Source: an uncultured Acidobacteriota bacterium (GTDB taxonomy: Bacteria > Acidobacteriota > Thermoanaerobaculia > Gp7-AA8). From it: DNA of 64,000 bases. Made by a program: the position numbers and the translations under genes. Of the stretch, positions 54,860 to 64,000 are shown piece by piece (within the stretch, counting starts at the first letter, position 1; every line of letters starts with the position of its first letter). The stretch covers positions 1,472,001 through 1,536,000 of the forward strand of contig CAWGHO010000001.1 of assembly GCA_963822445.1 (NCBI GenBank), written 5' to 3'. The notes under the pieces are model-generated. The model had not been told where the DNA came from. It did no database searches and worked only from the letters and a program-made list of their open reading frames with translations.

Positions 54860-56034
54860 ACCACTTCGACGATCATCGCTGCCGCTTCGCCGCCGCCGAT
54901 GCAGATCGCGGCGAGGCCGCGCTTCGCGCCGCGCTCGTGTAATGCGTGAATCAGCGTGACGAGAATGCGCGCGCCGCTCGCGCCGATCGGGTGGCCGAGG
55001 GCGACTGCGCCGCCGTAGACGTTCAGCTTGTCGTGGGGGATGTTCGCGTCCTTCATCGCCGCGAGGGCCACGGCGGCAAAGGCTTCGTTGATCTCGAAGA
55101 GATCGATGTCGTCGACGGTCATCTTCGCGCGCTGCAGCACGAGATCGATGGCCTTCGCGGGGGCGGTGGTGAACCACTCCGGCTCGTGCGCCGCCGTCGA
55201 CTGGGCGATGATCCGGGCGATCGGCTTGAGGTTGTGCTGCGAGGCGTAATCGGCTGACGTCACGACCAGCGCGGCCGCGCCGTCGTTGATCTTCGACGCG
55301 TTCGCCGCGGTCACCGTGCCGCCTTCCTTGGCGAAGGCCGGCTTGAGCTTGCCCATCTTGTCGAGCGGCGCGGAGAACGGCTCCTCGTCGTCGACGACGA
55401 CGGATTTGCCCTTCTTCCCCTCGATCTCGACGACGGCGATCTCCTTCTTGAACTTGCCCGTCTTGATCGCGTCCTGGGCGCGGCGGTAGGACTCGAGCGA
55501 GAACTCGTCCTGCTGCTCGCGGGTGAATTCGTACTTCGACACGCAGGTCTCGGCGCAATTGCCCATGTGCTTGTCGCCGTACGGGTCCCAGAGTCCGTCG
55601 TGAATCATCACGTCGATCATCTTGCCGTTGCCCATACGGTAGCCGGTGCGGGCCTGCGGCAGGACGTACGGCGCGTTGGACATCGACTCCATGCCCCCGG
55701 CGACGGCGAGGTCGTATTCGCCGCAGCGGATGTCGTTCGCGGCGTACATCAGCGCCTTCATCCCCGAGCCGCAGACTTTGTTCACCGTGACCGCGCCGGC
55801 GTTGACGGGAATGCCCGCGTAAATCCCGGCCTGACGGGCCGGCGCCTGGCCGATGCCGGCCTGGAGGACGTTGCCCATGATCACCTGCTGAACCTGGTCG
55901 GGCTGCACGCCCGAATTTTCGAGGGCGCATTTGATGGCCACGGCGCCGAGGCGGGGCGCGGGAAGGGCGGAAAGGGTGCCGAGAAACGAGCCGATCGGCG
56001 TGCGGGCGCCGCCGAGAATGACGATGTCTTTCAT
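54856..56034 (-). CDS. atoB: Acetyl-CoA C-acetyltransferase (thiolase)
   Basis: NKVCGSG, NEAF, GHPIGASG and CIGGG motifs. Confidence 0.92.
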   Translation of the reverse strand: MKDIVILGGARTPIGSFLGTLSALPAPRLGAVAIKCALENSGVQPDQVQQVIMGNVLQAGIGQAPARQAGIYAGIPVNAGAVTVNKVCGSGMKALMYAANDIRCGEYDLAVAGGMESMSNAPYVLPQARTGYRMGNGKMIDVMIHDGLWDPYGDKHMGNCAETCVSKYEFTREQQDEFSLESYRRAQDAIKTGKFKKEIAVVEIEGKKGKSVVVDDEEPFSAPLDKMGKLKPAFAKEGGTVTAANASKINDGAAALVVTSADYASQHNLKPIARIIAQSTAAHEPEWFTTAPAKAIDLVLQRAKMTVDDIDLFEINEAFAAVALAAMKDANIPHDKLNVYGGAVALGHPIGASGARILVTLIHALHERGAKRGLAAICIGGGEAAAMIVEVV

Positions 56035-56050
56035 GAGCGTGTTTCTATCA

Positions 56051-56178
56051 CAAGGGGACGACGAGGGGCCTCCGGCGGCCGGGGCCACGGGCCCCGGACC
56101 CCGCTGTTTGGCTAGGCCAAACCAAACGGGTCCAGGGCCCGTGGCCCTGGCCGCCGGAGGCCCCCCGTCGTCCTCTTG
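56051..56178. repeat. Roughly 50-bp GC-rich inverted repeat with inner hairpin (MITE/REP-like)
   Basis: CAAGGGGACGACG... pairs with ...CGTCGTCCTCTTG with about 4 mismatches; inner GTTTGGC-TAG-GCCAAAC. Confidence 0.85.
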
Positions 56179-56223
56179 AGCTAGAATGCGCCTCCCTCAA
56201 CGTCGCACACAGGAGTCGTCCGA

Positions 56224-57579
56224 ATGTCTCTCCCTTCAATCACCGATCGCCGGATCCATGTCCAGCCCGCCGAAGTCCATAACGTGCTGTCGCGGCACAT
56301 GCTCGCCGACGGCTACGACATCGTCATGGACCTCAGGAAGTCGCGCGGCTCGTGGGTCTTCGACTCCCGCCGCGGCCGCAAGGTGCTCGACTTCTTCACC
56401 AACTTCGCATCCGTGCCCATCGGCTACAACCATCCCAAGATGGACACGCCGGAGTTCCGCGAGCGGATCGCCGACGCGGCCATCAACAAGCCGGCGAATT
56501 CGGACATCTACACGACCTACATGGCGGAGTTCGTCGAGACCTTCGCGCGCCTGGCCGTGCCGCCGTCGCTCAACAAGCATCTCTTCTTCATCGAAGGCGG
56601 ATCTCTGGGCATCGAGAACGCCGTGAAGACCGCGTTCGACTGGAAGATCCGCAAGAACTTCAAGCGGGGATCGCAGAGCGAGAAGGGCACGCAGATCATG
56701 CATCTGCGCGAGGCCTTCCACGGCCGCACCGGCTACACGCTTTCGCTGACGAACACCGCCGATCCGCGCAAGACGCAGTACTTCCCGAAATTCGACTGGC
56801 CGCGCGTCGACAACCCGAAGATTGAGTTCCCGCTGACCGAAGAGTCGATGGCCGATGTCATCCGCCGAGAGAAGGCCGCCCTCGAGCAGGCGAAGCAGTT
56901 CCTGCATGACCGCAAGGACGACGTCGCGGCATTCATCATGGAGCCCATCCAGGGCGAGGGCGGCGACAACCATTTCCGCCCAGAGTTCTTCCGGGCCATC
57001 CGCCAGCTCTGCGACGAGAACGAGATGCTGCTGATCTTCGACGAAGTGCAGTCGGGCGTCGGCCTCACCGGCAAGATGTGGTCGTTCCAGCACTACGGCG
57101 TCGAGCCCGATCTGTTCTGCTTCGGCAAGAAGACCCAGGTCTGCGGCTTCGCGTCGAACGATCGCATCTTCGATCTCGCCGAGAACGTCTTCACGGTCTC
57201 GTCGCGCATCAACTCGACCTGGGGCGGAAACCTGACGGACATGGTCCGCTCGCAGCGCTACTTCGAGATCATCGACGAGGAGAACCTCGTGGAGAACGCC
57301 GCGAAAGTCGGCGCGTACTTCATCGGAGAGCTGGAGCGCTTCCAGAGCGAGTTCCCGAACCTCGTCTCCAACGTGCGCGGCCGCGGCCTCATGGCCGCGT
57401 TCGACCTGCCGTCCGGCGAAATTCGCGACGCCGCACTCAAAGCGTTCATGGCCCAGGACGTCATGGTGCTGTCGTCCGGACACCGCTCCGCGCGATTCCG
57501 CCCGCCGCTCAATCTCTCGATGGATGAAGCGGCGGAGGGATTGCGGCGGATGGAGAAGGCGCTGAAGGAACTGGCGTAG
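56224..57579 (+). CDS. lat: L-lysine 6-transaminase
   Basis: HMLADG, NKPANSD, AFHGRTGY, EPIQGEGGD, DEVQ, FGKK and SSRINSTWGG motifs. Confidence 0.92.
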   Translation: MSLPSITDRRIHVQPAEVHNVLSRHMLADGYDIVMDLRKSRGSWVFDSRRGRKVLDFFTNFASVPIGYNHPKMDTPEFRERIADAAINKPANSDIYTTYMAEFVETFARLAVPPSLNKHLFFIEGGSLGIENAVKTAFDWKIRKNFKRGSQSEKGTQIMHLREAFHGRTGYTLSLTNTADPRKTQYFPKFDWPRVDNPKIEFPLTEESMADVIRREKAALEQAKQFLHDRKDDVAAFIMEPIQGEGGDNHFRPEFFRAIRQLCDENEMLLIFDEVQSGVGLTGKMWSFQHYGVEPDLFCFGKKTQVCGFASNDRIFDLAENVFTVSSRINSTWGGNLTDMVRSQRYFEIIDEENLVENAAKVGAYFIGELERFQSEFPNLVSNVRGRGLMAAFDLPSGEIRDAALKAFMAQDVMVLSSGHRSARFRPPLNLSMDEAAEGLRRMEKALKELA

Positions 57580-57600
57580 CCGAGGCGTACAATTTCGCGT

Positions 57601-57828
57601 ATGAACGCGCGAATTGAGATCGACCCGGCCATTCAGCATGGAAGACCGGTGATCAAAGGGACGCGGGTACCCGTGGTGCGGATCCTGGGCTGTATCCAGG
57701 AAGGGATGACGGTCGAGCAGGCCGCCGCCGAATACGGCGTGAGCGTGGAGGATGCCCGCGCTGCGGTCGACTACGCCGCGGAGCTGGTGGAACAGGCGCA
57801 GCAGCGGCCCGTCGCGACGCACGGCTGA
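57601..57828 (+). CDS. DUF433 antitoxin
   Basis: DPAIQHGRPVIKGTRVPV; TACAAT 7 nt upstream of the ATG. Confidence 0.9.
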   Translation: MNARIEIDPAIQHGRPVIKGTRVPVVRILGCIQEGMTVEQAAAEYGVSVEDARAAVDYAAELVEQAQQRPVATHG

Positions 57829-57830
57829 TC

Positions 57831-58190
57831 GTGCAGTTTCTGATCGACGCCGACCTGTCGCCTCGTCTGGCAGCGATCTTCGCGGAACACGGCCATGACG
57901 CGATCCATGTCGAAACGGTCTTTCCTCCGCGGACACCTGACGCGGCGATCGGGACCTATGCACGCGATCACGGTTACTGCCTCGTAACCGGCGACTACGA
58001 CTTCTCGGACGTCCGCGAGTTCGCACCGCAGCGATTCCCTGGCATTGTCGTGCTTACGCTCCCGCGGAATGCCGGTCCCGAATTCATCGCAAGTCTCGTT
58101 CGCGAATTTCTCACGCGCCTTCCAGATCTTGGCCCCCTCCGTGGCAAACTGCTGATCGTCGAGCGCGGCCGCATCCGCATCCGGGAGTGA
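57831..58190 (+). CDS. DUF5615 PIN-like toxin (VapC45-type)
   Basis: FLIDADL...GHDAIHV...D...LVTGDYDF; adjacent to the DUF433 gene. Confidence 0.85.
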   Translation: MQFLIDADLSPRLAAIFAEHGHDAIHVETVFPPRTPDAAIGTYARDHGYCLVTGDYDFSDVREFAPQRFPGIVVLTLPRNAGPEFIASLVREFLTRLPDLGPLRGKLLIVERGRIRIRE

Positions 58191-58194
58191 CCTT

Positions 58195-58722
58195 GTGATT
58201 GCCACCCTCCTCGTCATCCTCTCCATCACCTCCACCCCACCACCCGAAGACGTGGTGAGGCGCTTCAGCGAGGTGTACGTCAGGCAAACCGAGCACGTAG
58301 GTCTGCTGCAGAGCCGCGGGTCGCGCGTCCTCGAATGCTACCTCAGCAAGCGCTTGCGGCGGGCGATCGCCGATCTGCGGGCATGCCAGAAGGACTGGCA
58401 TCGGCAGCAGCCGAAGGGATCGACCGACAAGCCGCCGTACGTTGATTGCTGTCTGTTCTCAGGTCTCCCTGACGGTCCGCCCGACGGCTTCACTCTCGGT
58501 CCGAGCGAGACGCTTCCGGACGGACGGGTCAAGGTCTTCGTCGATTTCACACTGAAGGATCGAGACACCGTCCTTCGCTGGCGCGACGCCTACATCGTTG
58601 CCAGAGCGGGGAATCGTTGGGTGATCGACGATTTCATAGGTGTCGTCGATGGCGACCGCCCGAACCACATTCCGCTCACCGCCGCTTACACGAACTGCCG
58701 CGGCGGCAAATGGGTCGAGTGA
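58195..58722 (+). CDS. Exported hypothetical protein (YbjP/DUF3828-like)
   Basis: Hydrophobic N-terminus; PEDVVRRF...DKPP...LFSG...WVIDDF. Confidence 0.55.
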   Translation: MIATLLVILSITSTPPPEDVVRRFSEVYVRQTEHVGLLQSRGSRVLECYLSKRLRRAIADLRACQKDWHRQQPKGSTDKPPYVDCCLFSGLPDGPPDGFTLGPSETLPDGRVKVFVDFTLKDRDTVLRWRDAYIVARAGNRWVIDDFIGVVDGDRPNHIPLTAAYTNCRGGKWVE

Positions 58723-58732
58723 GACGGCACGT

Positions 58733-59716
58733 TCACTCGGCGGCCGGAAGAGCCGCGGCGGCCGGCGCGCCTTCCCAATCGGAATGCGGCTTCCGATTCA
58801 GCACCAGCCAGCCCCACAACAGCTCGCCGTATCCGCGCGCCACGATGCCGCGTTTTTCGTAAAACGGCAGCAGCAGTTTCTGCAGGCGCGGCAGGTTGTA
58901 GAACGGGACGCTCGGGAAGTAGTGATGCTCGAGGTGAAAGTTCGAGAAGAGGAACGTCGCATTCCAGAACCAGGAGCTCTTCACCAGCGTCGACCACTCC
59001 GCGGGATCGTTCGGGTTGATGTCGTAGTGCTGGCCGAGGCGGTTGAGGGCGAAGGCGATGGGGAAGATGAAGAAGACCGGAACGATGTAGAGCTTCCAGG
59101 CAATCGCCCACCCGCCAAGCCACGCCGCGAGTGCGAGGAGCGACAGGTGAAACACGATCGAGCCGAGGCGCTCGCGCGTGATCCGCGAGCGAAGCTCCGG
59201 TTCATACGTCGCTGTCTCTTTCGCCGCGGCGCGGAAGTAGATCGCGAACAGGGCCGGGGTGAAGTACAGCAGTTTGAGCCAGCGCGCGTTCCGCTTCGGC
59301 GAGAGCCAGTGGCGCTTCGGATCATCGTCGTAAGAGCCGAGGTTCGCGTGATGGTCGAGGTGCCAGCGCGTGAATTGCGAGGAGGAGATGCCGCTGGGAA
59401 CGGCGTACAGCAATCCGAGAAGCCGATAGACGCGCTCGCTCGATCCGTTGATCACCGCGCGATGCACGACTTCGTGCAGGAGGACCGTTCCGTTGAAGAC
59501 CGAGAAGCCGGCGATGACCGCGAACGGCAGCCAGAGGTACCAGACCTCGAAGCGGATGATGGCGATCGCGCTCAGCACCAGCGCCGCGAAATTCGCCAGC
59601 GCGACCAACCCATGCAGCACAGGCCGCTTCTGATGCAGCTCCCGCAACGCCTCGGCCGGAATCTCGCGGGCGAGGTCACGTTTCAGCTGCTGCGCGTGGT
59701 CGGAGTAGTAGGCCAT
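58733..59716 (-). CDS. Membrane fatty-acid desaturase family protein
   Basis: His boxes HEVVH, HLDHH and HLEHH. Confidence 0.88.
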   Translation of the reverse strand: MAYYSDHAQQLKRDLAREIPAEALRELHQKRPVLHGLVALANFAALVLSAIAIIRFEVWYLWLPFAVIAGFSVFNGTVLLHEVVHRAVINGSSERVYRLLGLLYAVPSGISSSQFTRWHLDHHANLGSYDDDPKRHWLSPKRNARWLKLLYFTPALFAIYFRAAAKETATYEPELRSRITRERLGSIVFHLSLLALAAWLGGWAIAWKLYIVPVFFIFPIAFALNRLGQHYDINPNDPAEWSTLVKSSWFWNATFLFSNFHLEHHYFPSVPFYNLPRLQKLLLPFYEKRGIVARGYGELLWGWLVLNRKPHSDWEGAPAAAALPAAE

Positions 59717-59727
59717 CGGGCGTGTGT

Positions 59728-60258
59728 ATGTTGAATCGAATCTACACGATCGGCCATTCCACGCGGAGCCTGGCAGAGCTCGCCGGATTGCTGCAGGAGC
59801 ACGGCGTGACCCGTCTCGCGGACATCCGCCGCTTCCCTGGCTCGCGACGCCATCCGCACTTTTCAAAAGAGTCGCTCGAGCAGAACCTCCCTCGCGCCGG
59901 CGTCGAATACATCCATTTCGAGGCCCTCGGCGGAAGGCGCCGGCCGCTCGCGAGATCGCGGAACATGGGCTGGGAGAGCGAGCAGTTCCGCGGCTACGCC
60001 GATCACATGCTCTCCGGCGACGTTCGCGAAGCGATCGGACGCTTGCTCGACAGCGAAAAGCCGACCGCGGTCATGTGCGCCGAGGCCGTTCCGTGGAATT
60101 GCCATCGGAACCTGCTGTCGGATGACCTGGTGCGGCGCGGAATCGAAGTCATTCACATCACCGCGCCGGGGAAATCGCATGCGCACAAGATGAATGAGAT
60201 GGCGCGGATCGAGGGCGATTGCGTCGTTTACCCGCCCGAACAGGGCAAGATGTTCTAA
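59728..60258 (+). CDS. DUF488 protein
   Basis: IYTIGHS, DIRRFP, LGGRR and MCAE...CHR motifs. Confidence 0.88.
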   Translation: MLNRIYTIGHSTRSLAELAGLLQEHGVTRLADIRRFPGSRRHPHFSKESLEQNLPRAGVEYIHFEALGGRRRPLARSRNMGWESEQFRGYADHMLSGDVREAIGRLLDSEKPTAVMCAEAVPWNCHRNLLSDDLVRRGIEVIHITAPGKSHAHKMNEMARIEGDCVVYPPEQGKMF

Positions 60259-60293
60259 GCGGCTATAATCGGCGGCTCAGCGAACATCCCAAT

Positions 60294-62303
60294 ATGTCAA
60301 TCGCGGCCGAACAGCCGAGCGCCGGTGAACGGGACCTCGTCCTCGCCGTCGACGACAACGAGCAGAACCTGCAGTTGCTCGAAGAGTATCTGTGGAGCTG
60401 GGGCTACGACGTCGTGCTCGCGCGCGACGGCCGCGAAGCCGTGGAGCTCTACCCGCGCCACAACCCCTCGATCATCGTCCTCGACGTGATGATGCCGAAC
60501 ATGGACGGCTACGAGGCCTGCGGTCTGATCAAAGCCTCGCCGGGCGGCCGGACCATCCCCGTGCTCATGCTCACCGCGCTGACCGGGACCGACGACAAGA
60601 TCCGCGCCCTCGAATCCGGCGCCGACGACTTTCTCAACAAGCCCATCAATCGCGAAGAGTTGCGCACGCGCATTCGCTCGCTGATCAAGATCCGCAACCT
60701 ACGCAAAGAGCTCGACTCGAGCGAGAACATCATCATGACGCTCACCAGCGCGCTGGAGAGCAAGGACCCGCGCACCATCGGTCACGTGCAGCGCGTCGCC
60801 TCCTACGCGGCGCGGCTCTGCGACAAGCTGGGCATGAACCGCGACGAGCGGGAGACGATCATCAAAGGCGCGCTGCTGCACGACGTCGGCATGATCGGCG
60901 TGCCTGACGAGCTGCTCACGGCGACGTCGCTCGACGATGAAGAGCGCGGCCGCGTCGCCGAGCACGCGGTGATGGGAGCAGCGATCGTCGAGCCGATGAT
61001 CACCTTCCGCCAGTTCGTGCCTATCGTCCGCTGGCATCACGAGCGCTGGGACGGCAAGGGCTACCCCGACGGCCTGCGCGGCGACGCCATTCCGCTCGAG
61101 GCCCAGGTGGTCGGCATCGCCAACCGCTTCGACGAGATCCATCACGAGAAGTCGCTCACGGAAACGGATGCGATGAAAGAGTTGATGGCTGAGGCTGAGG
61201 GCGGCGCGTTCAACGAACAGCTGGCGAAGGTGTTCGCCGCGTCGCTCGACGAAGAAACGCCGACGGCGGTGACGTCGATGCACATCCGCCCGCGGGCCGA
61301 ACGCCGCGCGTGGGTGCTGTGCGTCGACGACAACCGGATGAACCGCGAGCTCGTCGCGGCGACTCTGGCCGAGGCGGGGATGCATACGGTTCTTGCTTCG
61401 AATGGACAGGAGGCGATGGACCTGCTCGAGCGCGAGCCGATCGACGTCGTGCTCCTCGACCTGCTCATGCCCGTGCAGGATGGAAACTCCACGCTCGTGG
61501 CGTTGCGCGCGGACTCGCGGTACGAGTTCCTGCCGGCGATCGTGCTGACGTCACACCGCGACAGCCGCCTGCGTCAGGAGGCGATCGTGGCCGGGGCGGA
61601 CGACTTCATCAACTATCCGCTGAACCGTCTGGAGCTGGTGACGCGCATTCATTCGCTGCTGCGGATCAAGGAGTACCACGCCGATCTCGAGCAAACGCAG
61701 AACGTGATCTGCGCGCTGGCGCTGGCGCTGGAAGCGAAGGACCGGTACACCCGCGGTCACTCCCAGCGCGTGGGCGATCTCGCCCGCAACTTCGCCCTGC
61801 ACCTGGGCATGCCCGCGGCCATCGCCGAGCGGATCCGCACCGCGGGACTGCTTCACGACATCGGCAAGATTGCCGTGCCGGAGAAGCTGCTGAACAAGAA
61901 CGGCCCGCTGACACGCGACGAGTTCATGCGCGTGATCGATCACCCGGTCATCGGCGAGGAAATGGTCCGCCCGCTGGCGACGCTGAGCGAAGTGCTGCAG
62001 CTGATCCGCCACCATCACGAGCGCTACGACGGCCGCGGGTATCCCGATGGATTGAAGGGCGACAAGATTCCGTACGAGGTGCGCGTGCTGTCGATCGTCG
62101 ACGCCTACGACGCGCTGACCTCGCACCGCTCCTACCGCCCCGCCCCCCTCACCCACGACGCCGCGATCGCCACTCTTCGCCGCGAAGCGACGGGCGGAAA
62201 GTGGGACCCGGAGATGGTGGAACGCTTCGCGGCGATGCTCGGCGCAACGCCACCGGTGTGGGAGCAGATTTTGAGGCCGGCGCCGGTGCTCAAGCTCGCG
62301 TAG
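60294..62303 (+). CDS. Tandem (REC-HD-GYP)x2 cyclic-dinucleotide phosphodiesterase
   Basis: Two REC domains; HDVGM...HHERWDGKGYP and HDIGK...HHERYDGRGYP...VDAYD. Confidence 0.92.
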   Translation: MSIAAEQPSAGERDLVLAVDDNEQNLQLLEEYLWSWGYDVVLARDGREAVELYPRHNPSIIVLDVMMPNMDGYEACGLIKASPGGRTIPVLMLTALTGTDDKIRALESGADDFLNKPINREELRTRIRSLIKIRNLRKELDSSENIIMTLTSALESKDPRTIGHVQRVASYAARLCDKLGMNRDERETIIKGALLHDVGMIGVPDELLTATSLDDEERGRVAEHAVMGAAIVEPMITFRQFVPIVRWHHERWDGKGYPDGLRGDAIPLEAQVVGIANRFDEIHHEKSLTETDAMKELMAEAEGGAFNEQLAKVFAASLDEETPTAVTSMHIRPRAERRAWVLCVDDNRMNRELVAATLAEAGMHTVLASNGQEAMDLLEREPIDVVLLDLLMPVQDGNSTLVALRADSRYEFLPAIVLTSHRDSRLRQEAIVAGADDFINYPLNRLELVTRIHSLLRIKEYHADLEQTQNVICALALALEAKDRYTRGHSQRVGDLARNFALHLGMPAAIAERIRTAGLLHDIGKIAVPEKLLNKNGPLTRDEFMRVIDHPVIGEEMVRPLATLSEVLQLIRHHHERYDGRGYPDGLKGDKIPYEVRVLSIVDAYDALTSHRSYRPAPLTHDAAIATLRREATGGKWDPEMVERFAAMLGATPPVWEQILRPAPVLKLA

Positions 62304-62313
62304 CGAGCTTCTC

Positions 62314-62385
62314 AGGGACGAGGTACGAGGTACGAGTGGGTCTTGCGCTGATTTACTCGTCCCTCGTACCTCGTTGCTCGTCCCT
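62314..62385. repeat. Inverted heptamer tandem-repeat hairpin (AGG[G/T]ACG)n
   Basis: AGGGACG AGGTACG AGGTACG ... CGTCCCT CGTACCT CGTTGCT CGTCCCT; the right arm lies inside the last codons of the peptidase gene. Confidence 0.85.
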
Positions 62386-63399
62386 GCGCGCGATGGCGCG
62401 AATCACATCAGCGATGGGAATCGCTTTTACACGGCCCACGTCGGTGGCGCGTAGCAACGAGTTGTAGATCGCTTCTTCCGTGGCTTCGATGACCGCCAGG
62501 AACAACGGTGACATGTCGTCGTTCTTCACCAGGCTCGTCGCGTTGCGGGCGGTGGAGAAGGCGATGGCGTAGTCGCCGCTGCCGTTCGAGCCGGCAGCGC
62601 CGGTGCGGGCCAGGCCAAGCATCGCTCGCGCGCCCATCCGCTTCAGGTTGCGGGCGTCGACCGGCGCGTCGGTGGCGATGACGATCATGATCGAGCCGTC
62701 GCCTTTATCCGGTGCGCGGCCCATCGGCGCGCCGGCGATGGTGAGTGAGCCGCCGAAGTTCGACTGCACCAGCACGCCCACCGTCCACCCGCCCGCCACC
62801 CTGCGCGAAGACGTGCCGATGCCGCCTTTCCAGCCGAAGGCGATGGTTCCCGTGCCTGCGCCGACACTTCCCTCGTCGACCGGGCCGTCCTTGGCGTTTC
62901 TGATCGCGGCGAAGACTTCCTCGCGGCCGACGTGGCGTCCGCGGATGTCGTTCAGCTGTCCGTCATTCGTCTCACCGACGACGACGTTGATCGAGCGCAC
63001 CTGTTCGTTCCCGGGCAGAGCGAGCATGTGATCGATCAGCGCATCGGCGACGCGGGGGACGTTCAGCGTCGAGGTCAGCGCGATCGGCGACTCGATCTCC
63101 CCCAGCTCCTCGATCTGCGTCGATCCCATCAGCTTCCCGAAGCCATTGCCGACGAACACTGCACCGGGGACCTTCTCGCGGAACAGATTCCCGCCGTGCG
63201 GAAGGATCACCGTCACGCCGGTGCGCACGGTCTCGCCGCGAATCACCGTGGTCTGGCCCACGCGAACGCCCGCGACGTCGGTGATCGCGTTCAGCGGTCC
63301 GGGCGGCAGGTTTCCGGGGGTGATGCCCAGGTCGCGGGCGCGCGGGCGGCCGGGGGCGACCGTGGCCAGGATGGTCAGCAGCAGAACCAGAGCGTGCAT
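62353..63399 (-). CDS. dmpA: DmpA/P1 (S58) aminopeptidase, exported
   Basis: NAITDVAGVRVG, TGVT, GNGFGK, GS cleavage site (GDGSIMIV) and GSGD motifs. Confidence 0.88.
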   Translation of the reverse strand: MHALVLLLTILATVAPGRPRARDLGITPGNLPPGPLNAITDVAGVRVGQTTVIRGETVRTGVTVILPHGGNLFREKVPGAVFVGNGFGKLMGSTQIEELGEIESPIALTSTLNVPRVADALIDHMLALPGNEQVRSINVVVGETNDGQLNDIRGRHVGREEVFAAIRNAKDGPVDEGSVGAGTGTIAFGWKGGIGTSSRRVAGGWTVGVLVQSNFGGSLTIAGAPMGRAPDKGDGSIMIVIATDAPVDARNLKRMGARAMLGLARTGAAGSNGSGDYAIAFSTARNATSLVKNDDMSPLFLAVIEATEEAIYNSLLRATDVGRVKAIPIADVIRAIARRDEQRGTRDE

Positions 63400-63436
63400 G
63401 GACGCAATGCTATATTCGCGGCCCCAAACGCCCTCC

Positions 63437-64000
63437 ATGCTCGTCTTCACCGATCCTCTCCGGCAGACCGATCTCCCCCGCGGCTGCGTGGCGACGATCG
63501 GAAACTTCGACGGCATGCATGTCGGCCATCAGCAGATCGTCCGCGGCGTCGTGCAGCAGGCCCAGGACACCGGCCGCCCCTCCGCGGTGATCACTTTTCA
63601 CCCGCATCCGCTCTCGGTCGTCGCACCGGATCGCGTTCCGAAGCAAATCCTCACGCTCGCCCAGAAGGAAGAGCTGCTGCGCGAGATGGGCGTGGACGCG
63701 CTGCTGGTCGTCCCCTTCTCCCACGAGTTCTCGCGCTGGACGGCCGACCGTTTCATCGATGAGTTCCTCGTCGAAGCGCTGAACGTGAAGGAAGTGCGCA
63801 TCGGCCGCGATTTCTGCTTCGGCGCGGGCCGCGAAGGGAACCTCGAGCTCCTCACTGCAGCCGGGAAGCGCCACGGCTTCGAAGTCCTCGGCCACGGCGA
63901 CGTGAAAATCCGCGGCATCCGCGTGTCCAGCTCGATCGTCCGCGACGCCATCGCCAAAGGCGCCATGCACATCGTCAATCTCGCCCTCGGCCGCACCTAC
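63437..64000 (+). CDS. ribF: Bifunctional riboflavin kinase/FAD synthetase (3' truncated; absent from the ORF track)
   Basis: Translation from ATG 63437 gives TIGNFDGMHVGHQ, TFHPHP, IGRDFCFG and VSSSIVR. Confidence 0.92.
   Translation, partial: MLVFTDPLRQTDLPRGCVATIGNFDGMHVGHQQIVRGVVQQAQDTGRPSAVITFHPHPLSVVAPDRVPKQILTLAQKEELLREMGVDALLVVPFSHEFSRWTADRFIDEFLVEALNVKEVRIGRDFCFGAGREGNLELLTAAGKRHGFEVLGHGDVKIRGIRVSSSIVRDAIAKGAMHIVNLALGRTY

Noticed and set aside
1-64000. tRNA, rRNA, transposase, integrase or reverse transcriptase genes
   Set aside because: None recognised by eye and intergenic spaces are short; a covariance-model scan would be needed to exclude small ncRNAs.

Overview
High-GC chromosomal window from a diderm bacterium. 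Gene content (pseudokinase-TonB fusion, GT-C arrays, MglA, several sigma54 sites) suggests Acidobacteriota, possibly Thermoanaerobaculia; this is inference. It holds about 60 tightly packed CDS, mostly housekeeping or envelope genes (dprA, queD, pcm, tldD/E, ileS, queG, mltD, lat, ribF). I recognised no rRNA, tRNA, CRISPR array or transposase. Main candidate new system (16.5-26.9 kb): a synthase-dependent exopolysaccharide operon (TPR/beta-barrel exporter, PgaC/IcaA-like GT2, 62-aa membrane partner, periplasmic accessory protein) with a phosphodiester glycosidase, two LCP-family proteins (one degenerate) and a BcsE-like ATPase-REC*-GGDEF* protein keeping an RxxD site. Three of its transcription units carry -24/-12 sigma54 motifs. 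Other notable items: (1) four translationally coupled DUF2723/TMEM260-like GT-C paralogs; (2) a sigma54 activator with a GVATGV loop upstream of an unannotated 56-aa ORF and an RsbW/V/U module that shares its GAF sensor; (3) a peptidase-propeller-Omp85 operon; (4) an orphan hcp; (5) a family of intergenic 7/8-mer tandem-repeat hairpins; (6) frequent leaderless and bidirectional -10 promoters. Frameshifts in ileS, queG and the activator look like consensus artefacts in which both SNP alleles were inserted. All domain calls come from reading motifs by eye, not from database searches.
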